Shown here in pieces: positions 61,644 to 64,000 of a DNA stretch of 64,000 nucleotides (the first letter of the stretch is position 1; every line of letters begins with the position of its first letter). The position numbers and the translations under genes are program-made. Source of the stretch: Auanema rhodensis (Eukaryota; Animalia; Nematoda); NCBI GenBank assembly GCA_964057225.1, contig OZ059896.1, forward strand, positions 13,640,001-13,704,000, read 5' to 3'. Under the pieces are notes generated by a model. That model was not told the DNA's origin. It did not search any database and saw only the letters and a list, made by a program, of their open reading frames with translations.

Positions 61644-62638
61644 ATGATTGGGGGTCGTTTGGTGACTGAGTACCTGCCATATGAGGATGTTGTTCCGTTA
61701 TTGGAACCTGGAGATCTTATTGAATTTCAAAGAACAGTTAACATCACTGGTTATGAATCTGCAATTTATAATGTAATTTTTTTCTATCGTATGGTCTCGA
61801 ATATTTGGCTTTCAGCATTGGGCATTATATATAGGCTATATAGAGAATGAGTATAGAGTGATTCACATATCTGGAACTGATGGAGATTTTATTAGGCTTT
61901 CTGGAGAAAATCGGGTTAAAGATTCACTTCTTGTGATGACAAAGCTAAGTGGCGGATCAGATGCAGCGGTATTCAATCTTTTATTTTCTTAGTTTAGCTG
62001 AACATCTAGGTTCGTTGCGATAAACTGTCGGAAGTCTCCTCAAACGACAAAATTCGTATCAATAACTCATTAGATGAAACTCATCGAGCATTCCCCTCAC
62101 CAATTATTATTGAAAGAGCTACTCATAAGGTAACATCTACCAAAAAAAAAGTTTGATATTGAATACTACTGTTTATTTTAATAAAACCGCTCTGTGTGGA
62201 AAAAAAAGACAATGGTCTGCGTCATTAGCATATTATGTCTCGATGGAGACGCGTAATGAGCTTCCCACGTTTTTTAATGATTATATATATCCATAGTTCT
62301 AAAAATAGTTTTTTTTAGCTTGGAGAGCGAAATTATAACGTGGTATTTAATAATTGCGAGCATTTTGTCAAATGGTGCAGATACGGTAACAGAATCAGTT
62401 CCCAGGTAAGTGTTGCTCGATTTTGCGTCCCCCTTATTTTTTTTTGCAACAATACCTTCTTGGTTGATTATCTCAGGCTGTGATGGCGAAAAGCATGATC
62501 TTGAGTTCTGTGCTCGCGTTGGGCGTCAATCCTGTTATGGCTGTGGGAGTCGGAATAGCTTTCGCAGCTACATCACACAAATTATCTCGTTTCATGAACC
62601 GCACTTTCGGTTCACGAAGAAGCTTCTCTCTTTTTTGA
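61644..62638 (+). CDS. LRAT-domain phospholipase/acyltransferase (PLAAT/HRASLS-like)
   Basis: PGDLIEF..R, HWALYIG, VIH, RINNSLD, YNVVFNNCEHFVKWCRYG and a hydrophobic C-terminus. Confidence 0.9.
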
Positions 62639-64000
62639 AGCTGCTTTGAAAAAAATGTCGTCAAGTTTTTTTTGCAGATGCTCTGTTTGCATGTATAAAT
62701 TTCTGTTGTAAATAGTGTCAATTCTCGAAGAACTGATTTTTTTATTGTTACTTATTACTTATATACTTATAGCTATATAATAGTTTAAATTAATCTAGGA
62801 AACATTACGTTTTGTTTTATTTTGTTTTCTCTTTCCTTTGTATTAAATTGGCTTAATGAAATGAATAGAGTGACTGTGTAATTCCCTTGTATATGCCACG
62901 TTATAAAATAAAAAAGTAAAGTTATATGTATTTGTTCATGTATACAACCCCTTTTACATACAACGAAATAAAATATTTCTAGTTTAGGTATAATCCAGTT
63001 ATATATCATACCCATGGGTCATTATCATGAAAAGTCGTTCGTGAAGAGAATAGTAAACAACTTCCGATTTGGAGGTTCGGTTTCGGTTTGTCGTTCAATC
63101 TTCAATGATTTTGAAAGAAGCCCCAAAGAAAATGAAGGTAGTTGTGCGCCTCTTCGTCAACTTTTTGTCATTCATCGTTTCGCTCCAGCAACGATTCCCA
63201 GGCTTTAGCTGAAGTTTTTTCCGAAACGAAATTAAAGTCGTATCGTTCGTGAATGATGTATGCAATTTGCGTTCGACCTCAGCTCATCCTAATAATGTTT
63301 CGTTTTATTAAGTAAAGAAGAAGTTAATTGTGAGAACCTTTGGCTTTTTGGAATTACTTCCGTAAATTATCTGGAAATTATTTAATTATATTCATATAAT
63401 TACTAATAATATTGATATGATGAGCTTGAGCCAGACACATGAAACTATTAAAGCTGCAGCTTTCATATTTTTAGATTTTTCTCTCTTAAGTTTGGTTGTG
63501 TGTGCGTCATAACAAACATCGGAAGAAGTCTAAAGCTTTTCTTGGTGTTTGTGACAACTTTGATAATTCTTCAAGTAAATGGCACAACATTGTTCACATC
63601 TAATTGTACAAGATTCAGAAAATTCTCTTCGATTTCCAAATTGTTGTGAGTATTTTTGACGGAAATTTGATTGTATTCAGGTTAGAAGTCGTTAAAACTG
63701 ATATAAGCTTGAACGTTAATTCAAATTTATAATGCTTAAATCATAAATATCGTATTAATATCTGAGATTTTACGATATTGTCAGTCATTTTTTGAAATCT
63801 TTTTATAGAACAAACAATCTGTGATGATGATTTACTTCCTTATTGAAAATTCGTCAAATTAACTCAATTTTTGTGTTTTTCTGTAAAACACAAAATTTTC
63901 ACTATAAATGATTGTGTTTTTTAATTTTTGAACTAAAAATTTTTGAATGTTTTTTTATGTCTTACTTACTTAATAAAGAAGGATTTTGGATGTATTGTAT

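Noticed and set aside
63000-63720. Possible minus-strand gene near the window end
   Set aside because: Splice-like signals are present, but all frames I tried contain stops and no family was recognised.

Overview
Eukaryotic, very AT-rich DNA with ~45-60 bp introns and TTTCAG/TTTTAG acceptors. The gene content (fat-4, nlp-20, anoh-2, tmem-218, Srx-like GPCR) indicates a nematode, probably Rhabditida (inference). Bases 1-~22,930 are a 199-bp tandem satellite of ~93 copies, open at the left edge. It has higher-order repeats, and every monomer carries a near-copy of the nematode SL1 spliced-leader sequence. A structurally complete 4,437-bp DIRS1-type tyrosine-recombinase retrotransposon interrupts the array at 7,345-11,781 (minus strand). 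It has 159-bp inverted terminal repeats (ITRs), a 3' extension, an internal complementary region (ICR), a Gag-RT-RNaseH-methyltransferase ORF and a tyrosine recombinase (YR) ORF, and it integrated without a target-site duplication at an AA core. The array ends in a GC-rich 15-bp minisatellite. The remaining ~41 kb is gene-dense: MFSD8-like transporter, internally deleted Tc1 element, BTB-BACK-PHR gene, fat-4, a cluster of small secreted/membrane proteins around nlp-20, Srx-like GPCR, tmem-218 with X-box, anoh-2, GOLGA7/Erf4, an unidentified X-box-preceded gene, a Ly6-like gene, ints-11 and a probably operonic LRAT/PLAAT gene. The ~100 repeated 60-aa ORFs in the satellite are regarded as artefacts. 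Gene models were spliced by eye, so some starts and ends are approximate.
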